A stretch of DNA of 64,000 nt from Takakia lepidozioides (Eukaryota; Plantae; Bryophyta), in NCBI GenBank assembly GCA_030704615.1, contig CM060733.1, positions 24,490,001 to 24,554,000 of the forward strand. Reading direction: 5' to 3'. Every line of letters begins with the position of its first letter. Position 1 is the first letter of the stretch. Both the position numbers and the translations under genes were made by a program. Of the stretch, positions 63,851 through 64,000 are shown piece after piece. The notes below the pieces were generated by a model. That model was not told the DNA's origin, did not search any database, and worked only from the letters and a program-made list of their open reading frames with translations.

Positions 63851-64000
63851 CCATGTGATGATCTGGCAACATGCATTAGAGTGAGAGTCATGAAGTCATA
63901 TGTGCGTCTAGCAGTATGCACATGTCATTCGCATATAGCCATGTCGGTGACTGGTAGTCATATCCGCCATGTGATGATCTGGCAACATGCATTAGAGTGA
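63851..64000. repeat. Start of a ~116-bp-period repeat running off the right edge
   Basis: ccatgtgatgatctggcaacatgcattagagtga occurs at 63851 and 63967. Confidence 0.75.

Overview
Eukaryotic, intron-rich, TE-laden plant genomic DNA, most likely from a non-seed land plant (bryophyte, lycophyte or fern). This is inferred from typical land-plant genes occurring with an intact M23/MepM peptidoglycan endopeptidase. Five spliced host genes are all on the minus strand: (1) a phytyl ester synthase/ELT acyltransferase running off the left edge; (2) HASTY/exportin-5 with about 22 exons; (3) a UCP012943-type protein; (4) an M23 peptidase; (5) a secreted amidase-signature amidase. Intergenic DNA holds decayed mobile elements: Ty3/gypsy remnants (one with TSD, PBS and terminal repeats, nested in an L1 LINE), a four-copy non-L1 (RTEX-like) LINE family, tRNA-derived SINEs, a Tourist MITE, a hAT-like MITE inserted in a SINE B-box, a foldback element and several tandem arrays. 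The most notable items are the MepM gene, a spliced fungal/animal-type LAT/Mup1 permease fragment (possible horizontal transfer), the RTEX-like LINEs, a ~110-bp array with a dispersed monomer, and a weak DIRS-like remnant. All family calls come from motif recognition by eye; no database search was run.
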